Shown here: piece after piece, positions 1 to 13,448 of the stretch | How positions within the stretch are numbered: position 1 is the first letter of the stretch | How the letters are laid out: every line of letters starts with the position of its first letter | From: Octopus sinensis | Taxonomy: Eukaryota | Assembly (NCBI RefSeq): GCF_006345805.1 | Contig: NC_043003.1 | Span: 46,438,001 to 46,502,000, forward strand | Direction: 5' to 3' | Length of the DNA: 64,000 nt | The notes under the pieces: generated by a model | Told to the model about the DNA's origin: nothing | Seen by the model: the letters and a program-made list of their open reading frames with translations, nothing else | Database searches by the model: none | Made by a program: the position numbers and the translations under genes

Positions 1-369
1 ATATATTCCTTATGTGTGAGAATATACACATACATACCTATATATATATATTATATATATATATATAACCCTTATAGATGCTCATACGTATAAACATGTA
101 TGTAAGTATGCAAGTATGTATACATAATTTCATTATTAATATTCATTATTGACATGTTGCCACTGCTTATATGCATATATATACACTTGTAAGCAGATTA
201 GCATTTTTAGAAAACTTATGCATATGTGTATGTATTGGTGTGCATATGAATATATACGCACTCACATATACACACAGGTATATACACACTTGCACAAAGA
301 AATACACATGTAGGCACACGAGCTTACATATGTTCAAGCATTTCATATATTTATGTATGCATGTATGTA

Positions 370-407
<38 letters not shown>

Positions 408-1863
408 ACAATCTTTGTCACTGATACAGATATACACATTTATAGGGTGCTAAGTACTTACACAGATAAATTTGAATCGTACGTATAGAAACACATCAAA
501 GTAGTGATATTAATTAAAAATTAAATAAATAAACATATATAGAATTAATTGAAAAATAATTAATATAGATAGCACAAGCATGAAACCTGTATGCACGAAA
601 TTATTTCACGCAATACACGATAATCTTATTGGTGTCGTTGCTGTTGCTGTGTGAGCAGATCTAAGATTAAAGTCGTTCCAGCCCTGATCATCTAGTCTTA
701 TTTTAAAACAACGTGTGTAGGACTTCGTCATGAGTTATACAGTAAACTATATCTTGTGGTGAGGCCCTAGTTTAAGAGTAAAGGAGTTTGAGATAGTATG
801 GGGTTACCTCTGATTCAACCATCTCTGATTTCGCTATGACCAGAGATGGTTAACGGCCCCAGGTATGGATTAAATAGAAGGTTCTGTACTGAAATATTAC
901 AGGACTCGGAGAAGGGATGGATCTTAGATATGTATCATAGAGTGTCATCAATGTGGGTAAATGACTTGATGTCACGTGGACTAGTCTCACCAAGACCAGA
1001 TAGGCCCTACGCCTGAAGGGTAATCTCGGAAGAGCAACATATAACAGAGTTAACCGTATATATGATGACTGAAGGTAGCGTGGAACCACTGCTAGATAAT
1101 TTTCAAAAAAAATCGTGCATCTTCAGACTTTTGTATGGAGGTCAACGTTCACCAAAGTCTGTAAAACTGTCATGGCACATGAAGAGAGAGAAGGAAAGAC
1201 ACAGACAGACAGACAGGCAGAGACACAGACAACTAGAGAAAGGGAACAAGAGAGGGGAGAGCGAGAGGAGAGAAAGATAGTGAGAATGGTGTCAAAGAGA
1301 GTCGGAGGAGAGAGTGGGGTCTGCATTATTCCATGTGTCTTCTAGTTGTTTAGATAGTTTGCAACTATTTGTAAAATGAGATTTTGTTGCTATTTCTAGC
1401 AAACACATCTCTGTTTTGACTCAAAATAAATGATAGTATTGAACAAGTGACGTTATCAATAAACTATTTATAAATAAATAACTACTCAATGTGTGATTAT
1501 TTACACAATATTATTGTATTTACTTTGCTAAGTGCATTCAACAATATAACTGATGGAAACATTCCTCAGGGGAGCAGTTTGCATACTAAATATGAATACA
1601 ACAGGGATCTGCATATGTAGTATAGTGAGTGGGAAATGTTCGATCAACTGAGATTATTCAAGCAATTAGTTGATAAAAAAGAATATAAAAAAAACAAAGA
1701 ATTCCGTCCAGGGTGGTGTTTAAACTCTAAAAGGAAAAACAAAAATGCTTATAAGGAGAAATAACTCCAATACTACCTATTCATCGTAATTTTCGAACCT
1801 GGATAAATCAACAATGACGATTTGAGTATATTTAGTTAATAATAAATAATTAAATAAATAAAT

Positions 1864-2105
1864 GCGCCCTTTTTAAAGCCTAGTCAGGCTCATGGTCTCC
1901 CGGTTTCTATGGCGTATGTGTTCTCCAGCTGGACGGGACGTCAGTCCATCGCAGCGTTACTCATTTTTGCCAGCCGAGTGGACTGGAGCAACGTGAAATG
2001 AAGTGATTTTCTCAAGAACACAACGCGTCACCCAGTCCAGGAATCGAAACCACAATCTTACGATCATGATGCTGATACCCTAACCACTAACCCACGTGCC
2101 TCCAC
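1864..2105 (-). mobile_element. tRNA-derived SINE (head + CORE-like domain + V-like domain)
   Basis: Minus strand reads GTGGAGGCACGTGGGTTAGTGGTTAGGG (A box), GTTTCGATTCC (B box), TTGTGTTCTTGAG..CACTTCATTTCACGTTGCTCCAGTCCACTC..GCTG..AAAATGAG, then CTGCGATGGACTGACGTCCCGTCCAG. It ends in a (TTTA)n tail. Confidence 0.85.
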
Positions 2106-2446
2106 ATAGTTAGTGTATCTAGAATATTTCGTTTTTAAAGACATGTCTCGGTTTCGTTTGGTCACTTTAGCGAAATGTATTCTACTCTAGTTAAGAGACT
2201 AAGCGTTAGCGATGGATAAAGAAATAGAGGAAATGTCCTGGAGGGTTTAAAATCTAGGGAGAAAAAAAGCGCAAGAAAGAGGAGCTGACATCAACATCTA
2301 TGAATTCCAGATCAGAATTCTAGGAACAGCGCACATATTCAGAGAGGTAGTCTCCTTTAAATAGTAACATCCTTGGGCGCGCCTTTGGACCAAGAAATGA
2401 AGACATAGAAAGAGGAATGAAAATATGAAAACCAACACAGTAGTAG

Positions 2447-2506
2447 TAGTAATAAAATAATAATAATAATAATAATAATGATAATAATAATAATAATATG
2501 ATAATA

Positions 2507-2567
<61 letters not shown>

Positions 2568-2600
2568 AAGAAGAAGAAGAAGAAGAAGAAGAAGAAGGAG
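2447..2600. repeat. compound (AAT)n(AAG)n microsatellite
   Basis: Direct reading; it is the source of the spurious poly-S/Y/F ORFs. Confidence 0.95.
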
Positions 2601-3829
2601 GAGGAGGGGGAAGGAAGAGGAGGTGAAGAATGATCATGGAGTGACACACTTGAGTTTGGATAAATTTGCATGCTTTATATTGAATAATAATGCATCGCTC
2701 TTTAGTTCCAAAGAGCTTTTTCATCTTCTCTACCACGGTATACGAACTTATTCAAATTCAAATTCAAGGACATTACTTTTATGTTATTGCACGTGCAAAG
2801 AGTGTAGATAATGTCAAAACCGTAGAGAATACCAATGCTTGAACAAAGAGAACCGAATTGCAACTACAAGTTATCTGTGGAACTATGTATGTTCTCAGGG
2901 TACTACCGTTTCTTTTTCTTCTTTTTTTTATTGGTTTTTCAGTGGCAGTAACAGAGAAACATTAAGCAGCGCATATCTCAGTTAGTATTCAAAATACAAA
3001 TCCTGCAATAGATCTAGGGCTGGTGCCAGATTAATCATTGCTTTAGGCCATGCCGAAAATGCGCCTGTTCTTGCAGCACTCAATGTGTGCCCTATTTTGC
3101 CAACCTTACAATGTTCATTTGCAGGGTTTGAAGGAAGAGACTAGGCCCACAGCCTTTGCAGGCTCTCCTAGACAGGTTAGACACTTACCATAAATTTGAA
3201 CCTTAGTCAATCAACACCAACGGAAAAGATATGACGGGGATGGAATTTCAAATGGAAAAGTGTCTGAATGAACTGATTGTAGGGATTAGCACGGCGAAAG
3301 AAGTTATAGAGATTTATATGAGTTATACTGTTATCTAACAAAAATTGAAATGGTTCAGGCTAATACACGGGACAAATCATAAAACTTCACATCGCTTTCT
3401 CTTTTATGCCACCTCATCATACTTGTCCTTGTCATTCCGAGAGTGACTTAACGTAATCTTCCTATCAGTACGTTTCTGTGTATTTTGTTAGATTAAGAAA
3501 TTCAGAGAGTGCCTAGTTACCTATCTTTTACGCCGGCCCTTTACGGACTTGGAAAGAGCGACAGGTTATGGTACCAAATATGTTTTCCTCATAAAAAAGT
3601 ATACGGTGATTGGGTAAGCTGCTTCTTACTGACTAACCACATACAATTCGAGTTAGAGACGGCTGCATTACAAAACCTTCAATCAGTATCATTGAGAACT
3701 GCGAGATTATCTCTCTATATATAAAACTGAGAATGTGGTTACATTTTGGAAGTGTATATACACACACATATATATATATACACACACACATAAAGATGTA
3801 TATTATATTCATAGACATATAGAAACACA

Positions 3830-3934
<105 letters not shown>

Positions 3935-4690
3935 AAGTGGAGTTGTAGGGTACCGCACGAGTGGAATTATATACGAAAGAAGGTTTGAAAATGCAATTTT
4001 AAAATATGTTTATTTATTTTGGCCTAATATTGTTTCCGTTGCATATAATGCATACATATATATATATTATATAGTAAATAAACATCTTTTAAAATTGCAT
4101 TTTCAAATCTTCTTTCGTATATATATATATATATATATTCTTGTTCTTGTTATACCACGTGCGCCGCAGACCTGAAGATTGCGTGAAGGTACCAATCCTA
4201 TTATAAAATGTTGTCTGAGTCGTTTTCATCACATGCAACTATTAGTAGTAGCTCATGAAAACATATATTGAGTTTATTAAATGATACTTATCTCTCACCA
4301 GATGGAGTACTTGTTTTGCTGATCTTACCTTCACTGAAAATATACTATATATTTGAGTGTGTGTGTACATATATACATAAAATCAATGTAAACACCAAAC
4401 TGCAATGTGTCACCGAAAAGGAGAATTATAATTATAAATGTGACTAGGGTGTAAGAAAATGATATCTCCGCGGACATTCAGAGGCTTCTTTATTATAGAG
4501 ACAAAACTTGTCGACCGGCCGGACGTTATAATGGAAGACGCGTGATCAAACTGTGGATCGAACACATATTCACGTTTGTATATGTATGTGCTTTGTATGT
4601 GTGTGTGTGTGCGCGCGCACACGTGTCTGCGTATGATACATTTATTTACATATATGACATTTTATATATATGTCTTACACATACACATAT

Positions 4691-4765
<75 letters not shown>

Positions 4766-4820
4766 ATATATACACGCACACATATATTACATATGTATTC
4801 TACATATATATATATAATAT

Positions 4821-4852
<32 letters not shown>

Positions 4853-5131
4853 CATATACATGTGTGTGTGTGTTAGTATGTGTGATTGTGTGTGTACGTA
4901 TAAAAGTATAAAACATGGATGAAACTAATAACAACAAAAGCTCAAATTATGTTTAACTGTCCATTCACGTACCGAATGAACTGATCTGTTATGTTGACGA
5001 TATGATTGACATTAACCAGCACCAGGTGGGGCCTCAACAGTGAGAGGATTGCAAAGGCATGGACCAATGATGATTAATAAAGCAATTATCAGACATCACT
5101 TATTCTACAGTACCAATGTAAAGGCATCTTC

Positions 5132-5206
<75 letters not shown>

Positions 5207-6439
5207 ACTTTTTGTAGTATCCCTTTCTCTGTCCCTATGTGTACAAGTGCGTGTGTGAGTCATTTGTGTATACACACATATACATGTACATATACATTCT
5301 AATATACATATAGCATACATCATAAACATATATGGTGCTCTAAGTTATAGAGCACTATATGATATAAATAAAGTTAGATAAGGCCGGTTTATGGGATTAC
5401 TCTGGATTTCAGGTCCATAAAGCGTTTAGGTTTGCGGCGTGCCATCAAGTCCCAAAACCTGTTGGCTTAAGGCTTCTCTATAATATGGAGGAAAGGACCT
5501 CACTACACAATGTCAACAACAGGGGATTATCTCCATTTGGTTATCGATCGTCAGTGACCCTGTTATCCTGTCGGTTCCAATAGGCCAGCAGGAATGTCTT
5601 GAAATAAAAGTATGGGCCAAAGACCTCCGTTCTGGAGTTAAGAATGTTCCCCGAGTCGAGGAAGTCCTTTAGAATCCTCGCCCGTTCCGCTATCCATAGT
5701 TAACAGCGCTTGGTTCCGTTTATGTAGGGGCCTCAACTTTCTAGGAATCCCGTCGTCTATGCTTAGCGGAACGGGTGACGATTCTAAATGATTTTAGAAA
5801 ATATCTTACTAAGCCTACTATACTTTAGAGAGTAGCAGAGGAAAATAGTGAGGTGTCAAGATATAGGAGTGGTGTCGTAGATATTTATACTTACAAGATT
5901 TTATGCCGCATGTAGTCTTCAACCACTTGGAATTAAATCCATTGGGTGTTGTCGACTGTATTCCATCTAGTTGATGGTGATAAATCAATTAATGTCAGAC
6001 AATCTCCCAGGCCTTCAGTGTACTGAAACCATATATCTAGCTTATCTACATAAAAGGATAATGCGCAGAGCTGCTAGTAAGAGAATAACTGATGGGAAAG
6101 ATGTGGTAATTAGAAGAAGGAGGGATAGGAATGGCTAATACTTATTTAGATTATCAAATAAAGAGGAATATATTGAAAAACAAAAGAGATAAGAAATATA
6201 AGCTTTATGAGTGGAAATTAGAATTAAGAGTGGAAATTAGAATTAAATAGTAATTCATAACTTAGAAAATTTATTTTATTAAACTGAGAAAAATTTGAAT
6301 TAATATATAGAAAAAGGATAGAAATTAGACTTAAAACCTAATAATTAAATAATCTAATATATAACAAAAAAAGCTATCAAGGCATTTCCTCAGCATATTG
6401 TTAAGGTGGACATGATAAAACCAGAGGTTTTAGTTTGAG

Positions 6440-7262
6440 ACACCTGTAGCCGAGGAGATAGTATATCTTGGCAAATCCATAGGCATCGAGGTTGATGATG
6501 GGGACATTAACGATCTTGTGGAGAAACACTCAGAGGAGATGACGACAGACGAACCCCAGCAGCTTCAGGAGCAGCAGCATTTGGATGGGGTAGAAGAGAT
6601 TGATTCTCCGGAAGAGGACATTGTAGCAGAGAATGCTATCTTTACCAGTGACACAAAGGCAGTGTTGACAAAGTGGCAGTATGTTTCTGAATTTGTAAAA
6701 AATTATCATCCTGAAAAAGTAGCTACAAGTCGTACAGTTGCTTTATTTAATAACACTGCTCTGGTGCATTTTCGTAGCATTTTGAGAGGCAGGAAAAAGC
6801 AGACTTCTCTTGAGATGTTTCTAATGAAACGACCTGCAAGTGTAACAAGTGAAGAAAGTGTGTCCAAAAAGGCTATAAACTGAGATGAGAGAGAAGACGT
6901 CAGAAATTGTTCTTCATGAAGTTTTAATGGAAAGAAGCTCTCCTTCGAAACAGTAATTCTATTCCACTCCGCTACATCATCTCCCTCGTGCACAAATCGT
7001 CCCATCTTTAAGGTAATTCAGTTAATAAAACCAGCTTATATTCCTTTTGCATTCTCCTTTTTAAAATTGTCATTTTACTTGTAACTACACCTTCTCTGTT
7101 TTGAAACCCACAAAAAATAATTTTTGAGTGATTTTAGGGGACCGAAACGGATTAATTATATTTTAGTTAATTTCAATGGGGAAAATTGATTTGTAAAACG
7201 AGTAAATCGTAAGACGAGCTCGGTAATGGAACAAATTAAATTCGTACTGCGACGTATTACTG
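6440..7262 (+). mobile_element. Tigger/pogo DNA transposon, 3' fragment with right TIR
   Basis: ORF 6518-6883 (EEMTTDE..W..V..FV..YHPEK..FNN..HFR.IL.GRKKQTSL) resembles the TIGD1/Tigger transposase C-terminus. The element ends ...TTCGTACTGCGACGTATTACTG followed by TA at 7263. Confidence 0.85.
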
Positions 7263-7289
7263 TATATATATAAAGAAACCATAATTTTT

Positions 7290-7580
7290 CAATATTACTT
7301 TATTCACTTAATTTTACATGTTTACACTTTCATCGCCTTCAAAATATTCTGCCTTTGAAGCAATGCATCAGTCTAGGCACGTTTTCCACTTTTCCAAGCA
7401 GTGCTGGAACTCTTGCGAAGTGATGCCTTTAAATGCCTCCGTCATTAATCTCGAAATTCCACATCTGCAATTTCCGAAGCACCAGCCTTCGTCACCGCAT
7501 CAACTTCTAAAGCACTGAGAACAGGTATTCAGTCGTCACTGTTTTTGATCTTCCGTGAGCAAGCGAGGCACACATTTCAT
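7290..7580 (-). mobile_element. mariner transposase C-terminal remnant
   Basis: Minus strand translates TEAFKGITSQEFQHCLEKWKTCLD*CIASKAEYFEGD, a typical mariner C-terminal motif, with an in-frame stop. Confidence 0.75.
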
Positions 7581-7695
7581 ACATAGGGGCAAGGGGAAGA
7601 ACGAGATAGAGTGATATCCCTCGTTTTACTTGGTACTCAGTTTGCAGAGGTGACAGTAGAAATTAAAACTGTTTTGGTGTTGCAATTTTAATTTT

Positions 7696-7980
7696 GTGGA
7701 GGCACATGGCCTAGTGGTTAGAGTAGCGGACTCAAGGTCGAGGGATCGCGGGTTCGAATCTCAGACCGGGCGATGTGTGTGTTTATGAGTGAAACACCTA
7801 AGCTCCACACGGCCCCAGTGGACTTCTGCTGACTTTTTCGCCACAACTTTCTCTCACTCTTTCCTCTTGCAGCTCACCTGCGACGGACCGGCGTTCCGTC
7901 CAGGTGGGGAACCTATACGCCAAGGAAACCGGGAAAACCGGCCCAATCAGCCAGGTGTGGCTCAGGAAGGAACAAACAAT
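7696..7980 (+). mobile_element. tRNA-derived SINE (head + 'CACCTAAGCTCCAC' domain + V-like domain)
   Basis: TGGCCTAGTGGTTAGAG A box and GGTTCGAATCTC B box; CCTGCGACGGACCGGCGTTCCGTCCAGG module; (AACA) tail. Confidence 0.85.
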
Positions 7981-9369
7981 TTTGATTTTACGCATAAGAA
8001 GCAACACATCTTCATTTATATTTTAGTTCTCATTTTCTTTATATTTTGCTTTCATTTGACAACGACCGCACTCTAACAGTTAAGTTATAATTATCTTTAT
8101 AAATATTTTGTTAAATATATTGGAAATCGGACGAATGATAGTGTTTCAAATGTCAAGAGGGTCGATTTCTTCGTTAATGGAAGAAAAGTACTGTTAAAAC
8201 AATTGCCAAATGGAAAGGGTTAAATACAAACTATGAATTGTTTAATTGAAGGGAAGACACTGCTAGAACAATTAAAAAGAAACGCTGAAAAATTCACTCA
8301 GGAAAATCGCTGAATCCTTAACTTGAAAGACTAATTCATACATATATAATGATATGAAAACAATTGTGAAAGCTCCTTTAATTTGGATAGAGAAAACCTC
8401 TAAATATTATCACAGTACCAGAAACAAAACAAACAAATACATACGTAAAAATCGTAGCTATTACATTTATTAAAGAAAAATATCTACTTGAAACGTGTGT
8501 GTGACAGAGAGAGAGAGAGAGAGAGAGTGTGTGTGTGTGTGTGTGTGTGCATGTTTTTCTAATAATATGTAAAACATATCACATGTTTTAGGCTATTTCC
8601 ATATATACTGTGACTTGCCGAAGCAATCTACTGCGTAAAATGAGAGAGACAACCGTATAGATACATACATACATGTATTTATATATATATATACATATAT
8701 ACACATATATATACGTATATATACATATATATATATTTATATATAAATATATATATATATATAATGTATATATATACATATATATATTTATACATATATA
8801 TATATATACTTATATATATAGAGAGAGAGAGATAGAGAGAGACATGCATACACATACATACACACACACACAATTCCTGTCTCTATTTTACCCTTTTCAT
8901 CTCATCTTCTCATTCATATTTCTGTAGCAATGTGAGATTGACAAAGACTTTCTTACAGGAAAACTATTCCCCTTTTGTTAACCGCAGAACTGCTGAGTTT
9001 TTATGCATATTCAAACACATGCGCGCGCTAACACACACACACACACACACGCGCGCGCGCATCATAACGCACATATATGCACGGGCATGTGTGTCTATGT
9101 ATCTGTTAATATTTGTGTTCTTGTCTGTAATAGAAGTATATCTTCCGCGTGCATTTGGTGCACACTCGTTTTTTACGTTATGCACACTCGTCACTTTGTA
9201 TCTGAATGCAAATATATATATTCTCACACGTGATTTGTGCGCGCACACATACATACATTCATACATACATACATACATACATACATACATACATACACAC
9301 ATACATATACACACGCATGCGCTCATATACACATAAACACATTCACACACATATATAATATATATTCAA

Positions 9370-9830
9370 AATAAACATACATGCATACTAAAGTATATGT
9401 GTGTGTGTATTTGTATGTGTGTGTGAGTGTATATATATATATATATATACACATATATATATGTATGTATTTTATATATATATGTATATACATGTGTGTG
9501 TATGTATATACCTATGTATTTATATATATATACATATATATATACATGTATATATATATACATGTATATATACATATATATATACATGTATATATACATT
9601 ATATATATATATATGTGTGTGTATATATATAAATATATATGTCAATATATATATATTGTATATATTAAATTTATATATATGTATATATATATTATACATA
9701 TATATACACATATATGTATGTATATATATGTATATATGCATATATATATATATGTATATATATGTATGTGTGTATATATATATATGTGTCTGTGTGTATA
9801 TATATGTAAACATACACATACACATTTATA
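9370..9830. repeat. degenerate (TA)n/(TG)n low-complexity tract (one of many)
   Basis: Direct reading. Similar tracts lie at about 3770-3932, 4600-4900, 8660-8870, 14418-14745, 33480-33670, 39840-40260, 48570-49075, 50780-51290 and 57520-58110. Confidence 0.95.
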
Positions 9831-10248
9831 TGCATATGGAATGGGCGTTTATTAATTTATCATAGATATTCAATATATCAAAGAAAGCATGAAAGTTACT
9901 TTTTACTGTGAAATTTAATTAAATTCCTCGAAATATTATTAAATATTTTATCTTAAAAATGAGAAATTCATTTTTAGTATCACTCATTTTTTAAATTTCT
10001 TTTTTTACCATAGAAACTGCACCAGAATACCTTGAAGGACTCCACACCTCAATACAAATACGAACATTGCACTGGTGTAAATGTGTTTTTTTCTCTATAG
10101 TTATGTATATGTACTGGATGGTGTTTATCGCTTTGTAACCGTTTTGGGTGGAAATATACAGTAAGAGTTTTTACATAGTCACTGAACAATTGTGAATAAC
10201 AGTGAAATTTACTTCATATATTGTCATTTTTTTTTTAATCATTTTGTT

Positions 10249-10683
10249 TTTTACTTGCTCCAATCATTTGACTGTGGCCATAATGGGGCAAGGTACTGAA
10301 GAATATTTAGTCGAATATATCGACCCCAGTAATTATTTGGTCTTTTCTTTTTAAGCCTGGTACTTATTCTGTCGGTCTCTTTTACCGAACCGCTAAATTA
10401 CAGGGTTACAAACACACCAGCACTTGTTGGTAGGTAGAGATGGAGGACAAACACAGACGCAAAGGCACCACACACACACACATACACACACGTATATATA
10501 TATATATATATATATATACGACGGGCTTCTTTCACTTTCACTTTGCCAAATACATTGACAGAGCTTTGGTCGGCCCGAGGTTAGAGTAGAAGACACTTGC
10601 ATAAGGTGCCACGCAATGGGACTGAACCAAGAACCAGGAAACTTAGAAGCAAACTTCTTACCACACATCCATGCCTGCTCCTT
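10249..10683 (-). mobile_element. octopus-type tRNA SINE family A (internal TA/TG microsatellite)
   Basis: Minus strand has ..GTGTGGTAAGAAG..GGTTCAGTCCCA..GGCACCTT..AAGTGTCTTCT..GAAGCCCGTCGTATA(TA)n(TG)n..CAGTCAAATGA..CAAGTAAAA. It is homologous to six other copies in the window. Confidence 0.85.
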
Positions 10684-10711
10684 ATTGAAATTAATTCTTT
10701 CTACTATAATC

Positions 10712-11075
10712 ACAAAGCCTGAAATTTAGGGGAGAGGAATAGTCGATCACATCGACCCCAGTACTCAACAGATACTTATTTTATCGACCCCGAAAAGATG
10801 AAAGGCAAAGTCGACCTCGGCGGAATTTGAACTCAGAATGTGAAGACAGACGAAATACCTATTTCTTTAGTACCCAAAAGGGGCTAAACACAGAGAGGAC
10901 AAACAAGGACAGACAAACGGATTAAGTCGATAATATCGACCCAGTGCGTAACTGGTACTTATTTAATCGACCCCGAAAGGATGAAAGGCAAAGTCGACCT
11001 CGGCGGAATTTGAACTCAGAATGTGAAGACAGACGAAATACTGCTAAGCATTTCCCCCGGTTTGCTAACGACCTT
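10712..11075 (-). mobile_element. SINE family B (Meta-like domain), tandem dimer
   Basis: Two units contain GAGTTCAAATTCCGCCGAGGTCGACTTTGCCTTTCATC..TTCGGGGTCGAT on the minus strand and join at 10852-10865. Confidence 0.9.
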
Positions 11076-11344
11076 ACAGAAATTCACGATGAAGGGCATA
11101 TTGTAGAATAGTACAATTGTAAGAGACAGTAGTGTCGTAAATTGGCCTTTGATAATCTGCTCCATCGGAGCTAAAATTAGTCTAAGCAAACATACAATAA
11201 AAAAACTAAGTAATGATCATAACTTCATTGATTCATAGTCTAAATTTTCACGTACATATACACATGTATATACACACACATACATAATTCTACAGAATCT
11301 CACATACAAACAAACTCGTCACGAGTGTATACATCCTGTCTACC

Positions 11345-11583
11345 CCCATATAGCAATGCTAGGCGGACAAACACAGACACACGAACATACACGCACACAC
11401 ATATATATATACATATATACGACGGGCTTCTTTCAGTTTCCGTCTACCTAATCCAGTCACAAGGCATTGGTCGGCCCGGGGCTATAGCAGAAGACACTTG
11501 CCCAAGGTGCCACGCAGTGGGACTGAACCCGGAACCATGTGGTTGGTTAGCAAGCTACTTACCACACAGCCACTCCAGCGCCT
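11345..11583 (-). mobile_element. SINE family A, 5' half
   Basis: AGGCGCTGGAGTGGCTGTGTGGTAAGTAG..GGTTCAGTCCCACTGCGTGGCACCTTGGGCAAGTGTC on the minus strand. Confidence 0.85.
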
Positions 11584-11588
11584 ATATA

Positions 11589-11649
<61 letters not shown>

Positions 11650-12222
11650 TATATCCACACACATGCACTCATACTTACATGCATATATAAATATATACAT
11701 ATCTGTGTGCGTATGTGTATGTATATATATATTGATATAGATACATACTCCTCTTCACGCTCACACTCATATATCTATGAGTGTGCGCGAGCGTGTGTTA
11801 AAACATTTACAATGTATCAACGACCAAAATAAGGCAAGGTCACTATTAAAACACAAAAAAACTTACATCCCATTTGCTTCATTTACTTCAAACAAAATAC
11901 AGATGTGCTGTTTAACAAGTCAGTTTACTTACAACTACAGACAATGACACTGAAGTGGTTCGCCTAATATAGAAGGAAATTGCTTTTAGCTTGGCCTCAT
12001 TCATTTCATGTTTGTCTATATATCTCTCTGTTTATGTATCAATTTATCAGAATGGGATTTACATTTCTCAGTTTGTTTGGTTTTGGGGGGTTTTTTTTTG
12101 CTTTTATTTTCTTCATAAGGCTATCGTTATTTTTTTCCCTTCTTATAATGTTTGCACACACTATTAAGAACAGATATTGTCATTTCTTTATCATAATATA
12201 CATCCATTTGCTTCATTCATAT

Positions 12223-12440
12223 ATATTTCTTTACTACCCACAAGGGGCTAAACACAGAGGGGACAAACAAGGACAGACAAAGGGATTAAGTCGACTACAT
12301 AGACCCCAGTGCGTAACTGGTACTTAATTTATCGACCCCGAAAGGATGAAAGGCAAAGTCGACCTCGGCGGAATTTGAACTCGGAACGTAACGACAGACG
12401 AATTTCGCCCGGCGTGCTAACATTTCTACCAGCTCGCTTC
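12223..12440 (-). mobile_element. SINE family B monomer
   Basis: Same body as 10712-11075 and 43541-43769. Confidence 0.9.
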
Positions 12441-12454
12441 ATTCATATATATGT

Positions 12455-12797
12455 AGGCGTAGGAGTGGCTGTGTGGTAAGTAGTTTGCTTACCAACCACA
12501 TGCTTTCGGGCCGACCAAAACCTTGTGAGTGGATTTGGTTGACGGAAACTGAAAGAAGCCCGTCGTATATACGTATATATATGTATGTGTGTATGTGTGT
12601 GTATATGTTTGTGTGTCTGTGTTTGTCCCCCCAACATCGTTTGACAACCGATGCTGGTGTGTTTACGTGCCCGTAACTTAGCGATAGAATAAGTACTAGG
12701 CTTACAACGAATAAGCTCTGGGGTGCTCCAGCATGGCCACAGTCAAATGACTGAAACTTGTAAAACAGTAAAGAGTAAAGAGTAAAAAGTAAGAGAG
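12455..12797 (+). mobile_element. SINE family A, internally deleted
   Basis: AGGCGTAGGAGTGGCTGTGTGGTAAG head; ends in a (GAGTAAA)n tail. Confidence 0.9.
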
Positions 12798-12936
12798 TAT
12801 AACTATGTTTGCATAAATATGTTCCTGAGTTTACGCATACTTTGTGTGTGTGTTATGTGTGCGTGTATGTGTGTGCATGTGTGTGTACGTCTGTGTATGT
12901 GTGTGTGTGTGCATGTGTGTGTACGTCTGTGAATGT

Positions 12937-13200
12937 CCGTGGCTTAGTAGTTAGAGTATGCAGATCGCGAATACTTGAGCAAAACACTATATTTCACGTT
13001 GCTCAGGTGAAAAGGTGAGTTGTACCTGTATTTCAAAGGGCCAGTCTTGTCACATTCTGCGTCACACTGAATCTCCCTGAGAACTACGTTAACGGTATGC
13101 ATGTCTGCGGAGTGTTCAACCACATGCACGTTAATTTCATGACAGAGTGTTCCATTGATCGTATCAACTGGGACTATCGTCGTCGTAACCGGCGTAGTAC
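12937..13200 (+). mobile_element. tRNA/CORE-like SINE with 'GAATCTCCCTGAGAACTACGTTAA' tail
   Basis: GTGGCTTAGTAGTTAGAG head, CORE-like CTTGAGCAAAACAC, and a tail shared with 55460-56042. Confidence 0.75.
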
Positions 13201-13334
13201 CGGTTGCATGTATGCATATATAGATATATGCGCGTGTGTGTGCATACATATACATATGTAATATATATACATATACATATATATATATATATCTTATCGG
13301 AATTTACGTAATATATATATTTATATAATTTATG

Positions 13335-13383
<49 letters not shown>

Positions 13384-13385
13384 AT

Positions 13386-13440
<55 letters not shown>

Positions 13441-13448
<8 letters not shown>

